NCBI GenBank assembly: GCA_907165135.1
Contig: OU015569.1
Coordinates: forward strand, 2,666,001-2,730,000
Direction: 5' to 3'
Source: Oikopleura dioica
Taxonomy: Eukaryota; Animalia; Chordata
Length of the DNA stretch: 64,000 bases
Numbering within the stretch: the stretch's first letter is position 1; every line of letters begins with the position of its first letter. Below the pieces are notes generated by a model. The model saw nothing but the letters and a program-made list of their open reading frames with translations. It was not told where the DNA came from and ran no database searches. Shown here piece by piece: positions 1 to 12,730 of this stretch. A program made the translations under genes and the position numbers.

Positions 1-738
1 TTTTTACGAAGTTCGAAAAGAGTTAGTTAAGGCTTGAAGTTTGAGTTTCAAACTGGACAGTCTGTGTAAACAATTTTTGTGAAGTGAGCTTAGACTCGGC
101 TTTCTCGGCGCAGAATTCAAAATTTCGAAAATTTCCAATTTCTTTCTTCTCAAGTGCCTCCGCTCCCCGAGCTGGAGTACTGCTCAGCCACTTCCTTGCC
201 GGCGAAACTCAGGAAGGCGGGAAAAGGCAGTCTTGGCTGCTAGAAACGAGTTTCGCCTGATTACATGTGTTCACTGCGCGCCCTCCAGTCTGAAAGACGT
301 CGTAATTTGTAAATCGTTAGTTCTTCTGTATTTCAAAAAATACAAGCATTGAATTGAAGCAAAAATTACCGTTATTTTTATTGATGCGTTTTTTTATTAT
401 TGACGATTGAATGAGAAATTTTAGCGAACCACTAGTTTTTTTCTTCGTTTTGAAAGACTTTCCTAACCTAACCTGAACATTAACTCTAACCCTAACCCTA
501 AAATTTGCTTATGAAATTTAAACCAGGTGTTTGAAAAAGGGTTGAAAACTCATTATAGAGATTTGGCTGGCTGCCAGGTTCCATTCTGAGTTTGGTTGAA
601 CCGCATCTCTGAAATTCGGCCCCGGGCTACCATCTCTAGTTTTTTTATGACTGCGCACGTTGCACAGAGCCTAGCCATTGCTAACTGTCCTGGACATTGT
701 TGAATAATGTTAATAGAGAAAATAAAGTGAACTTTGCG

Positions 739-2624
739 ATGATTTCTGGCCTTGTTACCGCTCTCTTCTTGGTCATTCTACTCGAGTTCGCGGTTCTGGT
801 ATCGAGAAGATCTGGAAGCTCGGGGATCGGCTTTGGTTCAAACCCAAGAATAAGAGAAAAAAGAGGAGCTCCTGATGAAGGCCTTGGGACTTATTTTTCA
901 GGAGAAACTTATGACTACTCCGGAGAATACAGGCACTGTTTGAACAAGTGTTTTTTGCTCGTTACATAATTTTATAGTCGCTAAAAAATTTTCGAAATGA
1001 CTGATATTTTTTCAAACCGCAAAAAGAATTGTTCGATTCCACCGTTCTGAAGGGGCAGTGTTCAGTAATCCTTGGGAATGGGACGATCTGACGTTGGCAA
1101 CTCAAGGATCAGTCGACAAGTTATTCTACCTGAAGACGATCACGGAGCGTTTCGATGGACCTCTTTCCGTATCCATCTTTTGTCCAGGTTATGATGGAGC
1201 ATTCGCTGACGACGCTATTCACTTGCTGAGAAAATGCTATCCGAAGGTAAGATCTTTCATTGCTTTAGCAAATCTTTCGATTACAAAATAAGATCAACGA
1301 AAACGTGATGTTTCACCTGGTTTATCCTGCAGAGCAGCCAGCAGACCTAGCCTACACGACCGGATGGCGAGAGCTCGAATGTGACGAGTTCATTCAAGAA
1401 CTCAAAGCTTTCACATCAACAGAAAGTGAAGGAGCGGGATATTGATATTTTCATCTTGTTTTTCTTAAATTTAAATGTTCACAATTATATCCCTCTGAAG
1501 CAGTTATTTTCCCTCACAACGTTTTGCGGAATGTAGCGCGCTCTGCTGTTCATTCGGAATTCTTCCTCCTGCTCGATATCGACTTGAGCCCCAGCGTCAA
1601 CTTGAGAACCTCATTCATCGAATATGCAAACGAAAATGATCTTTCGGAGAAAGATGACGACCTTGTTGTCTATGTTTTGCCTGCGTTTGAACAAAAACCG
1701 GACATGAAAGTTCCAGAAGATAAAGCGCAGCTAATCAAAGAGATCGAAAATGGAAACATTCGTCCCTTCCACAATGAGACTTGTTTTCCATGTCACAGGC
1801 CAGAGAAATACGAGCAGTGGAAAACTATGAACGGAGAATTTATCGCATTTGAAGCACCCTGGGAAGAAGCTTGGGAGCCCTTTTACGTCGGCAGGAGAAA
1901 GTAAGAATCTTCCTTTTTCTTATCAGAACTTTAATTTTTTTCTAAGTCTTCCGTACTATGATGAGCGCTTCAAAGGATTCGGATTCGACCGGATCCAACA
2001 AGTTTGTGAGCTGTACGTCGCCGGGTACACAATGAAAGTGCTCTCTGAATCTTTCGTCGTCCACGATGACTGGAAGCGGCCCGCACTTGGCGGAGAAACA
2101 ACGCCTAAAGATAGCTTCAACTGGTATCTTTTCAATTATCATTTCAAAGATGAGCTGCAGAGAAAATACAACACTTCCAAGACTTGCAGCCCCCTTCCTC
2201 AAGATAGTCAAATGGTAAGTGTCCAAGAATTAACATTTTTCTCCAGATAAAAATTTAGACTGGACCTCGGCAAGGAAAGCCGTTAAATGATAGAAAGGCA
2301 AATGACGACTTTAATCGATACCAGATCCAGCAGAATATGATGGGCAAGCCAGTTGCCATCAAGGTAAGAGATGGCTTTCAACGGCTGGATGCAAAAGTAC
2401 AATTTCAGAACGAGCCACCGTTCACCATGGATGTGCCGTCAAATCCACTGGCACTGCTGCCAAACCACGACCATCGCAAGTTGAAGGTGCTCAAGTCACA
2501 CATTCGAACCTATACGCATGATGAGCTGAAAGAAATTTACCAAAAGGGTCTATCCAACGACGGAATCATGAAAGAGTTCCGCGTGCCCAAAGACGACGAC
2601 CTGACTTGGGAATTCGACAATTAA
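739..2624 (+). CDS. GT49 family type II membrane glycosyltransferase (beta-1,4-glucuronyltransferase, B4GAT1/LARGE-like), 7 exons
   Basis: N-terminal TM anchor (LVTALFLVILLEFAVLV). Motifs SGEYR..DDLTLATQGSVDKL, FPHNVLRNVAR, LLDID (DxD), VYVLPAFE, WEPFYVG, PYYDERFKGFGFDRIQQVCELYVAGY. Hand-spliced introns include 933-1026 (GC-AG), 1432-1500 (GA-AG, or GT from 1426) and four 44-46 nt GT-AG introns. Confidence 0.85.
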
Positions 2625-2852
2625 TTGTTATCCACTACACAATCGCAATCACACCATTATTATTTATGTTCGCAAATATTCTAGTTTCATAAATGTTTAT
2701 TCTGCTCAAGGAAAAATCCGAAATAAAATAGTTGTTTCGTGCAACTATCTCCAAAATGATGAGTTTATTCGCCCCAGTGACAGCAATATGAAGCATTTGG
2801 GCAGGAAAAGCCTTTTATCGGGTTTCATATTTGAATTTTTCGTCTGATTTTT

Positions 2853-3690
2853 TTAATAAAAATGGCTAAAATATGAACCCAAAGCTTGAACGCGCACTCC
2901 ACCAGCGTTGGCACCGGCGCAAGTGGCCACATTGGAGCAGAAGAACAGCTTTCCTGATTCTTGTTCGGCAGCAATGCATGTGTAGTTGTCGCTAAAATTA
3001 CCTTAGAAGGCATTTTTTCCTATTCAAAAACCTTGCGCGCTGGCAATAACTAGTGATGCACTCTTCGCATTTGACATCGTCGGGGTTGAGGACGCACTCC
3101 TGGACGCACATGCCCATAGCACATCGTCTAAAAGCAGCAGAACCATCTGAAATCGTCAGCTTTCCTGGTCTCGTGAGAGTGTACTACCAAAACAAAGTCA
3201 ATAAAGAAACGCTCGAAAGAGCTTACCTTGTTCAAGACGGCAAGAGGTCCATTTTTTCGACTGTTTTGTCTTTCTTTCTGTCCGTGGTGCTTGCCCTGTC
3301 CTCGCTGTTTCTGAGGGCAGTTTTCTGTTCGACATTGCGAGCATTTTTCATTGAACAAATCTCCAACGCATTCTTTTGAGCACGATTCTTGCGCACATTC
3401 AATCGCCTTATTCACTCCTAGAACATCACTGAGTACTCGATCAAGGAAAACAATTACTTACGGTCTGGAAGAGGGCATTGCGAGGTCTTGAGGCAAGTAA
3501 AGCAAGACTCCTGCAACCAGTTTTTATCTGGACATTGAGCTTGGCACTTGGATCTTTTGCACTGTCGAAAAGCCTTCAATTGTCTTTTCCATGCAGCTTT
3601 GGCTTCAGGATTAGACATGTTGCCCTCGCGATGCTGTCTCCATCCTGCCTCGCAAGAAGAAACGAAAACGATGAGAGCGGAAAGCTTCAT
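2853..3690 (-). CDS. Secreted cysteine-rich protein with three C-x4-C-x3-C-x8/9-C-x2-C-x4/5-C repeats, 4 exons
   Basis: Signal peptide MKLSALIVFVSSCEA. Three 40-44 nt GT-AG introns join ORFs 3454-3690, 3128-3415 and two further exons in frame. Repeats: CKRSKCQAQC..CFTCLKTSQC, CAQESCSKEC..CSQCRTENC, CAMGMCVQEC..CEECITSYC. Confidence 0.75.
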
Positions 3691-3970
3691 TTTATTTTCT
3701 CTATTCTCGAGAAATTGAAGGAATAGAAAGGGGTGTCCTTTAAGAAATCTATTTATTTGGCGGGATAAGTAAATAACAAACAGGGTTGGGCAAATAGTAC
3801 TTGCACAGTCAAAACAGGTCCAATCAGCCCCGTGCTGGTTTTAGATTCTCTTTTAGTATTCCCTTTTCGCCACGTGAGAAGCACATCATCAACGGCTGGA
3901 GAGAGGGTTCCAGAGCAATCTATTCGAATATGAAATGAAACAATTCGTTTATGTTGAGTTAGGACTACTA

Positions 3971-6077
3971 CTAAATGTATATCTGTAACCCCCACTGTAT
4001 TGAAACCATAAATAAACTAATGATAAAAATGATGTCTAGTGTTCCAAACGAGCTGAAAAGTGCAGTTAGCAGAAAGCAGATAAAACTAATTCTCTACTTT
4101 TGGAGAGTTGTAGTCACGAACGAGAAGAGAGGAATCGATAGAAATCCAGTTAGTCCAGCAATGCTCATGCTAAAGAAATTGATTGACTGAACTTGAGCTT
4201 GGTCTACCTGAGGCCATAAAGGACACCGAATTGCTGGAATGGGAACAGAGTGGCAACGTAGTTTGCTTGGCTGGGATAAGTTGTTTATAAGGCCGAAAGC
4301 AGGAGCTAACTACCTTGAGTAGACTGAAGATCGGAAGAAGATCTCAAACAGACAAGTAGAAAAAATGAAGATATATTTTTTCTCCTGCTGGACTGCCGCT
4401 AAAATCGCGGAACTTGTCGATAAAAGAATCCCAAGGAACGATGTCAGGACGAGACTTGCGCCACACGAGACATATTTTGATCGAGCTTCATCTTCAAGAA
4501 GATTTCTTACTTCTAGTTATCTTGCAAAAGACTTACCATCCGGGAACTTGCTCGCAACAAAGTTAATAAAGATTCCCATGAGGGGCGCGACAGCAATGCC
4601 GAAAAACTGCAAGACGCCAAAGAAGCTTGTCCAACTGGAAACGCAGCCACACTCAGAGCTACAGTTGATCGTCACCCAGGCGTTGAAGGCGGAAATGAAG
4701 AATACGTGGCGCAAGTTAGTAACTAGCAATTATCAAATGAAACTAGACACTTTCCTTTCTACGGGCGCACTCACCAATGTACCATAAATTCATGAAGATG
4801 AAGTTTTTTGTCAGCACCTTTTCCTTGATATCCTCCCACTGCGTGCAAAGAAATCTATCGTCCGACCTGCAGCTTGTTAGCGATCCAGATTCCTTAGCGT
4901 ATTTCGCTGACTTCCAATCTCTCCAAGAGAAGGAAAAATTATCCGTTAGGGGCCATGGAATCGCAGCTTTGGGCATGCAGAAAAAAGTTCGGAGCCACAT
5001 AATGAATGTTAACCCCGCAAGTCCAAGAAATAGCTGTCTTTTCAAATGCTCACTTTAACCGTAACAAAAAGTATTATGAGTATTGGGAGAATCTCCTGTA
5101 GGAGACGCCGAGTTCGTAGAGCACCTTCAAAAGCATGAATGTACTCAGCGATGGTGTCAATTAATCGATTCAATTGATCTAGCGCAAATGAAACGAGCGG
5201 TTAGGCGGCGTGCGCCTTAGAAGCCCCTTCCAACAAGTGGAGAGACGTTGGAGTGTGTTCAATCGAAAGCGAATTCAAAATCGCCAACGATTTTTTCATT
5301 TTCAAACTTATTATTTGACACCATCCATGATGACGAGTCGTAAACGCCGTTGAGAAGGGTGACCACTAGAGCGCGCTTGTCCTCGTCTTATCAAGGCTTC
5401 AACAATTTATAATTTTATAAATTTTTGAATAATTATTAAACAATGCGAAACCTTTTCATAAATTTCCAATCTGCATATTTGTCACTTTCAATGGTTTTCA
5501 AAAGTCAGCTATCCTCCCCCAATTTCTCGGTATTTCAAAAACTAAGACTAGAACCATAATTCCCGCCATGCCAATAATGATCGTGCCAACATAGAGGAGC
5601 CAGGGTACTGACTGAGTGGCGAATGCCAAGCACAGTATTCCAACGGTCTCGGATATTACGACAACGATTCGTGTCTTACCAGTTCCGTAGCGATCGAAAA
5701 TCCAGCCGAAAAAAGCGCCGCCGATTTCGTATGAAGCAACGGCGGCGACAAGGATCGACTTGAAAATGTTTAAGACGGGGAATATTGAGTATTTTTAGAC
5801 TTACATTGAAATGAGCATCCTGGGATGCACATGAAGCAGCACAAGTTTGATTGATTTCATGCTCGTAGCCGTCCCCACATTCATCGTAAAAGAACCCTTC
5901 TTCTTTGAAAATGAAAACAGCACTGCCCCAGCCAAGAATAAGTCCAGAAAAGAGGTATTGCTTGGAAAAAAATTTAAAATTTGAAAATAAATGTTTGATT
6001 GTTATTCAACAAAAATGAAATTTTATCCTTTGCTCAAGTATCGCTGTCCAGAGAGAAGTCCATCGTCCGACGGCCAT
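3971..6077 (-). CDS. SLC43 family MFS transporter (LAT3/LAT4/ENBT1-like), multi-exon
   Basis: Spliced translation gives TAILEQYLFSGLILGWGSAVFIFKEEGFF, SQDAHFN, FGWIFDRYG, VTNMQIGNLY..TLLNGVYDSSS, RTFFCMPK, FGVLQFFGIAVAPLMG, LFPFQQFGVLYGL, all SLC43-type motifs. It has three GA-AG introns and two junctions needing non-standard cuts (see findings). Confidence 0.85.
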
Positions 6078-6379
6078 TAAGGATCGAAACTAACCTTGGA
6101 TAGCATCAAGTTTGTTTAGTTCGTGGCAGTTCTAGAGACACGATTTTGTTTTTTGAGGATGGGTCAGAGTGAACGGGATTTGTTATTTAAAGTTTTAGTG
6201 CTGGGCAATTTGGGGATTTATGGTACGTTGACAAGAAAATGAAAGGAATAGGTGCGATGGGCTGCTTGTTCGGCCGCGTGCGTAAGCGGGTTACTGACGG
6301 CAGCGCGTCTGATCACTACTAAATTGCCCAAATTTGGCGGACACTGGTGACACACACAGCTCATCGCCCCAATTAAACT

Positions 6380-7093
6380 GTCCAACAAGCATTAATTGGA
6401 AAAGAACTCCTCGAAGCTGTACAGTCAGCCACAGTGAAAGTGATGAATAAGAACGCCGAGGCAGTAAATTCGTGCCCAATTCGCTTCAGCGGGGCAAATT
6501 GACAGGTGGCAAACATTCCAACTGGTCTCGCCCGGCGATCTGCCCTGAGGCAAGTGCCGTCGCCAGTAAATCTCGCCCTCGGGTCTGGGAAACCATTGAA
6601 AAGCCACATGTCTCCATGATATATGATTATATTGGTCGTTATCTGACTGCTAAGCGCATAAGTAGCAGTTCTTCCCGATCAACCAGAAATTCGTATGCTC
6701 CTTCTTGCGAAATAGGAACAAGAACAAGCTATTAGCGACGTAATTAAAACTAGGTGAAAGGCGATCCAAATCCTACTTGGTGTGATTTGGGACGAAAATG
6801 GAAACTTTGTAATCCGTGAACGGCTGGTTTGTTCTGGCTACCTCCGCTTCCGAGAAAAGCTTGAAAATCGCGCAGATGGCACACTTTTCCCATGTTTCTC
6901 GATGGAGCTTAAAATAGCACCAGCCCTTAGGATTTTGCCAGTGGCTTTGAATAATTCGAAGCTCAAGGACTATTCTTGGACTCATATGATTGAATTCGGA
7001 ATAGAGCCGGATAAGCTAGCTGTCCAAGATATGCGAGATAGCTGTCACGACTTGCAAGTTCTTTTGGCTATACTTCTTGCCCGAAAAGACTGA
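6380..7093 (+). other. Possible coding exons of an unidentified gene
   Basis: Open frames 6380-6620 (with a plausible 42-nt GT-AG intron) and ORF 6782-7093. No recognisable domain and no clear start. Confidence 0.25.
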
Positions 7094-8200
7094 GCTGACT
7101 TGAGCAAATTTGGAAAGATTAGCCATCGGCCGATGGATCGGAAAGATGATTTATTTGAGCCGGGACAAACAGCGATGCAAATTCTTTGTAGTCATTTTCA
7201 GTAATCTTCTGCGCATTCAATCAAGGGCGCTTCATTTTTATAGCGAATTATAATTGTAAAAAATATTTTAATCGAGCTTGTTTTACAAAACACTCGATAG
7301 ATTAAGGAGGTTTCTCAAAAATTTAGTCTTTCGTTCTTTAGCAAATGAATTGAGAAAGAGCTGAGTAGGCGAATGTGCAGTAAGAAGCGAATTCAGAGTG
7401 ATTTATTGGAATGAGGAAAATGCTACAAAACGGGCCTTTGAGTGCGGTGGTGCGCAGGGGTTAAACGGTTATCAGAACGGCGTCGCGGTCATCGTCAAAT
7501 ATTTACGAAAGCATCAATTGTTGCAGCTTAAGCCATCCGTTCCAGCAGTCGGATAGCACAGCTGGGCACAGCATCACACCCTCAGAGACACCCTTCCTCT
7601 ACTATTCAAGTAAGTTATGGAAACTTCGGAGACATAAATTAAAATAAGCGCATTTTTTCAATTTACAGCTCTACTGTCAATTAAATCAATATCAATAACT
7701 GTAAGAGACTATTTCCAAAGAAAAAAATCTTCTTCGAATTTTACTGCTATTGAAATAATATCTAAGAGTAACTGAGGACTCTCATGAAATGCAAGAATAA
7801 TACTTGTAAAAAAAATGTTATTTTGATGGCAAGCCACATCCCCCATAAAAAGAGCATCCTTTGGTGTTTCTAGTTTTATTTAGACTAGATTTGCTATTTT
7901 GCTCTTTTACAATTTGCAAGTTGCAAAGGCGAATCATTAGAGCCACGCCGATCGCACCTGCTTTATTACAACTAGAAATAAAAGCAAAACAAGTCTCTTT
8001 TCTCCACTTTGATTTCACTTACACTTTTCTAGGGGGCGCTGTTAACGCTGCGTCGAGAACAAAAATAAAGAGTCGAGCACGAAGCAATCGTCTGTGACTT
8101 GGAGGCTCCGGAGCGCCACGCGCTAGAATACTTTAAGACCGACTAGGTTGACCAGCTCGAGCACACAAACCGAGTTACTTGTATCAGAAACAAAGCAAAA

Positions 8201-8779
8201 ATGACCGGAAAGATTCTGCCAACAAAAGAGTCAAAGAACAAGAAGAAGAGAAACCCGGGCGCAGTCCTGAGACGAAACGCTCGAGAGCGGGACAGAATCC
8301 GCAACGTCAACGATGCCTTCGACGAGTTGAGAGATCACGTGCCCAACGGAGATGCTGGACGAGGACGCAAGATCTCGAAGGTCGAGACGCTCAAATCAGC
8401 GATCGAATACATCAACGCACTCAAGGATCTTCTCGGCGACGAATTGAAGCCAGTCGAGTTGAGCGATTTGGACGACAAACGTTCAAAGACTCCATGCGAG
8501 CAGCAACCAGAGACAAAACAGATTCCACCACAGCAGCTTGCCTACGCGACTGAGCAAACCAACGACTCGCATGTTTTCGACAAGTTCGAAGTCCCATCTT
8601 CTCCCGAGTCTGGCGTCGGAGCTTCCTCGAACGAGACCTCGATCGACTTGGATCACTTTTCCTCGACAGAAGACTCGCTTGATCTTCTTCAGCTGCCGAC
8701 GAGCTTCGCCGCCGATTTGCTCCAGTCGTCTCACATTGACTTTGCCAACCCATCGACCCTTTCCTTTGCAAAGTACTGA
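8201..8779 (+). CDS. Ascl: Achaete-scute family bHLH transcription factor, intronless, 192 aa
   Basis: [28 protein letters not shown]...[23 protein letters not shown] is an ASCL-type bHLH. Ser/acidic C-terminus; AATAAA near 8958. Confidence 0.92.
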   Translation: MTGKILPTKESKNKKKRNPGAVLRRNARERDRIRNVNDAFDELRDHVPNGDAGRGRKISKVETLKSAIEYINALKDLLGDELKPVELSDLDDKRSKTPCEQQPETKQIPPQQLAYATEQTNDSHVFDKFEVPSSPESGVGASSNETSIDLDHFSSTEDSLDLLQLPTSFAADLLQSSHIDFANPSTLSFAKY

Positions 8780-9925
8780 AATCATGGAAGACTCACTTTT
8801 ATTTCTTTATTTTCTTATTTCACCTGCCTGACTCTCTCTTTTTTTTGTCAACTTGTCCAAGTCTACAACCGTAGGATATCGGATAAAATGATCTTCTTTT
8901 ACTTATCTTATTCCTCTACATTATTTTAATGATTTGAGCCAACGAATTTATTGTACAAATAAAAATAAGCTATGAAAACCACTTTCGAATTGTAATTTTA
9001 ATTGAGCATCAATGATTAATGAACAAAATTCGAAGCTCGGAAATGAGTGGAAAATCCATTCAGAAATCAATTGTCTTTCATATCGAAAAGACGGGGCAGC
9101 TGGCCAGCGCTGGAACATTTTCGAAAGACACTTGGAAATTTTCGTTGAGCAACCCTTGTCGAGAACAATGAATTAAAAAAATACAATACTCGATTTACAG
9201 AAAAAAATTGTTGCTAGAATTTTGAAAATGGCTTTATTTGAAGGCAAAGCAGAAAATTAAATTCTTCAGGAGCAAATCCATCGTCGTCAGTTTGTTCTTT
9301 TCATTCTCAGCATCGCAACGCTCGGACTATAAAATCATCAGAAAAGCTACCTGGCTCGGAGATGGCGGAATGCACACTTTCGCCATCGATTTCTGGCGGG
9401 TTTCTGCTGCGTCGGTACTGTTCAAGGCTTTTTGAAATCAAAGAATAATAACATAAGCTTAATAATAATAGTAACAAGAGACTCTGAATAAAAAACTGCC
9501 CTTCATGATGAGCTTTTTAAAAGAAAACGACTCCTCCATTTCGAAATTCTCAAAGGAAGTAAGAGAACTTTCCCGCAGCGTCCTATGTCGTGGCTGGACT
9601 GGCTTTCCTAAAATAATTAAAAAAGTGCTCGAATCAAGCTATTGTGAGGCTTGTTAACGCGACCACTAACTTGAACATGAAGGAAATGCCGATCTGACTA
9701 CAATCTCTCTAAAAGACATGTTTGGTGTTTTTATTTGGTTCACAAATTGAACCACGCTCTTTATATCACCCGTTGAAGCCGCAAAAACGCATCTTGAGGG
9801 AAATTCGATTATCGAGCGAGAAATTGAAATTCGCAGGAAACAGTGATTCTGTACCCCAAAAATACGTTGCCTTCCGTCTCAATTTAGACAATCAAATGTA
9901 AATGGTAACGAATAAGCTAGTTTAT

Positions 9926-11884
9926 TTAAAGAGAGAACAAATAATTTCGCAGCTCAATAAATGACGCTACTACTTCTTCGGCAGTCGGGATGATCTCGTC
10001 CGGCCCAAGCAAAAATCCAAATTTACCATCGTCTCTAAGAAATACACTCATAAAAAAAGCCAAGTCATGGGCCTTTAATCATGCACGATCTGTTAATTGA
10101 ACCATCCAGAATCTATCATCATTAGAATCGTTCCATCAACGTTAATAATAATTGATTACTAAGAACTTGTATAACTTCGACTCGTTACCAAAATCAAGGC
10201 TTGCTTGTCAAAATTGTTTTCAGCTTGTCAAAAAAGGTGACCTCGAAAATGCACCGGTCAAATGCCTAATTCATCATCAAAGACATCAAACCTGAGCTCG
10301 TAGACCCATGCGTAGGGAATATCCAAGCCAGCTTCAGGATGGTATGCATAATCTTCAGTGGTGCCTCCCGCAGCATATCCGACGACATCACGTGATTGGC
10401 CGACTTCGTACGTTTTGCCGTGTGTTCTGAAAATAGCATCGCCCATTCGCAGGCTTAGTTCTTCTAGCTCGCTGTAGCTTGACTCGGTTCAAATATTTAA
10501 AATAAAATCGAAGATGCTAGCTGGCGTCAATCTGTTTCCGTCGTGCATATTACCTAATTAAACTCCCTAAAGACGACTAAAGGTCGATTTTTCGACCCTC
10601 CATTTTAGAGGTTATAAGAAAAGGACAGTAACTGTTTCAACCGAGTTTGGAGGATCATCCGCGAAAAGTCCACCAACATCTCTTCCAGTCGCCCATGGAG
10701 GCATCAAAAGTTGACTGTATGTATGCACACTAAACCTGCTTTTAGTCTAGCAAAAGTGATGAATTCCGACCTGATTTGCGCAGAAATTGGCTTTTCTTGA
10801 TGCAGTTCTCGAATCCAGCTGTCCCAAGCTTGTGTTTCCGGTTGTGAAATAGGAGCTAAAAAACCGTCTTTTTCAGAAAAATTAACTCCTTCCTCACTTT
10901 CATCTGCGTAAGTGATCATGCATTCGACAGTAGTTCCCATTCCAGTGCGATGTCCAACTGGAAAATTTCTATTCTTTAGATTCAGTAGTGCTTCAATTTG
11001 AGTCACTGTATCGATGAGCTGGTTGATTCGGCTAGAGTCACTACGCGAAGCGTCGTTGTGGTTGAATAGCGACTGCACCGCGATGAAGGTGACAGGTAAA
11101 GGATGAATGCAACAATATATGAAACGTGCTTCACTGACAGATAATGTGTCAGTTTAGTGTATTCTAGTGCCAACAAGAAGAAGAGCTCATCTCTCTTAGC
11201 TTACGAATCTCACGTTCCTGTTCAGGTCGACGCCTTTGCACGTGCCCCCATAGTCCGCCCGGTTCTTTCTGAAAAAAATTAAGGACTTATAAGAACTAAT
11301 AACTGTTCTTCAAACTACCCCTGTTTTATTTAAACAAGCCCTTGTAAGATCAAAGCCGCTCTTTTTTCATTTAGAGCAGAGTAGTCGCCCGAAATGGGCC
11401 CTAGAAAATATCCTCGAGATAAAAATTATGACGATATTACCGCCACATCCTATCAGCAATCCAAGTCCACTCGTAGCCGTCCGGGTTCGCGTATGGCATT
11501 ATGTACCAATCGATGCTTAACAAAGCGGTTAGTTTATGAAGAAGACGATAAGCTGGAATTTTCCAAGATCTTTTTACTTACTCGAGTAAACTGGCAACAT
11601 CTTCTGACGAAAAAGGAAGATGAGCTGTATCAATTGGGAGACCAGAAGCTGCTGAGAGCGCCAAATTTATAAAGTATCGGCAAGAGGCAGGGGCAACCCA
11701 CTCTCTAGCGTGAAATCCGCAGTCTGCTCAAAGGTCAACCGAAAAAACCACGGCGAATCGCTTCACTTTCGTCTTTGTTTTCAGCGTCTAATGAACTCAA
11801 CGCGAGATTTTTCTATTTTCGATTTGTTTGATGGTGACATGTTCTGATGTTCTGAAATTTGAGTTGCAGATCATTTTCGAAACC
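9926..11884 (-). CDS. M14 zinc carboxypeptidase (CPA/CPB-like); 5' end not resolved, may extend to about 12350
   Basis: DCGFHAREW, IDWYIMPYANPDGYEWT..WRKNR, GVDLNRNF, SQPET, SVHTYSQLLMPPW, GYAAGGTTEDYAY, VYELRD..GFLLGPDEIIPTAEE. Zinc and catalytic residues are intact. The residue equivalent to position 255 is acidic (E), which suggests CPB-like specificity (inference). Confidence 0.88.
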
Positions 11885-12588
11885 TGTCACCAAATAAATT
11901 AAAAGAGGAAAACATCCAGGCGTAAAGTGGGAAAAAACCTGAAATTGGGGAAAATGTTTTCTTAAAATAACAGCCAAACAACATGAAGGGGGCCTATTTT
12001 CTGCGGTTTCAACACGTTTTTCACGTTTTCTTGTAGCGGATTTTTGCGCAATTTTAAATTGCCAATTTGTGCTTCGCATGACACTTAGACGGGTGTAATC
12101 TCCTGTCACATGTGGTTTCATATTGGCTTCGCTGATGGGTTATTAGCATTTCATGACCTGTTATGGAGTGGTTTTTGGGTCAGATAGGCAGCTAAGGGAC
12201 GTGTAAGAACAAGTCGGTCTTGGACTAAAATATCTCTAAAATTTGCTTCGTAAATTAATCAAGCTTCATGAGCCACTCTTCCTTTCCTACGAAGATGCGT
12301 TTATCTGAATTTCCAGCGTTCTTCCCAATCTGGAGTCCCCACAAGTCGCGCCCTGAATTCATAATTTTCGCCGTAAAAAGAAATCATTTATATTTCGCCT
12401 AAGCGCAGCGCCCCGTTATTGAATTCGGAAAACACTTGAATTCGCACTCGCTAGTTGAGCAACACTTTAACACTCCCGTGCATTTGATTTTCCTTCAAAA
12501 AAAAAAGAAATCATAATCAAACAGTTTTCGCGCAATCACTTTGTCTACACCTTGCTCGGTTTCTGTCAAATGCTTGAGTTGAGCAAGC

Positions 12589-12730
12589 CTGGGCTCGGCA
12601 ACCTGTGTAAAAAACCTGAGTCAGCTTCTGAAGAGCTAAAATTTGCGTTTTTCAAAAAGCCGCTAAGTGGCTTTTAATTTTAGCTCTTTAGAACCTGACT
12701 CAGGTTTTCTTCGAAGGTTGCCGAGCCCAG
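12589..12730. mobile_element. hAT-type MITE, family A, copy 1 (142 bp)
   Basis: TIR CTGGGCTCGGCAACCTGTGTAAAAAACCTGAGTCAG and its near reverse complement; perfect 8-bp TSD GAGCAAGC at 12581-12588 and 12731-12738. Confidence 0.9.

Noticed and set aside
462-500. CTAACCCTAACCCTAA telomere-like motif
   Set aside because: Only about 2.5 units among degenerate CTAAC words; too short to call an interstitial telomere.
9238-9435. KATWLGDGGMHT resembling a carboxypeptidase motif on the plus strand
   Set aside because: Wrong strand relative to the real gene, lacks HAREW, and the true motif is near 11700.
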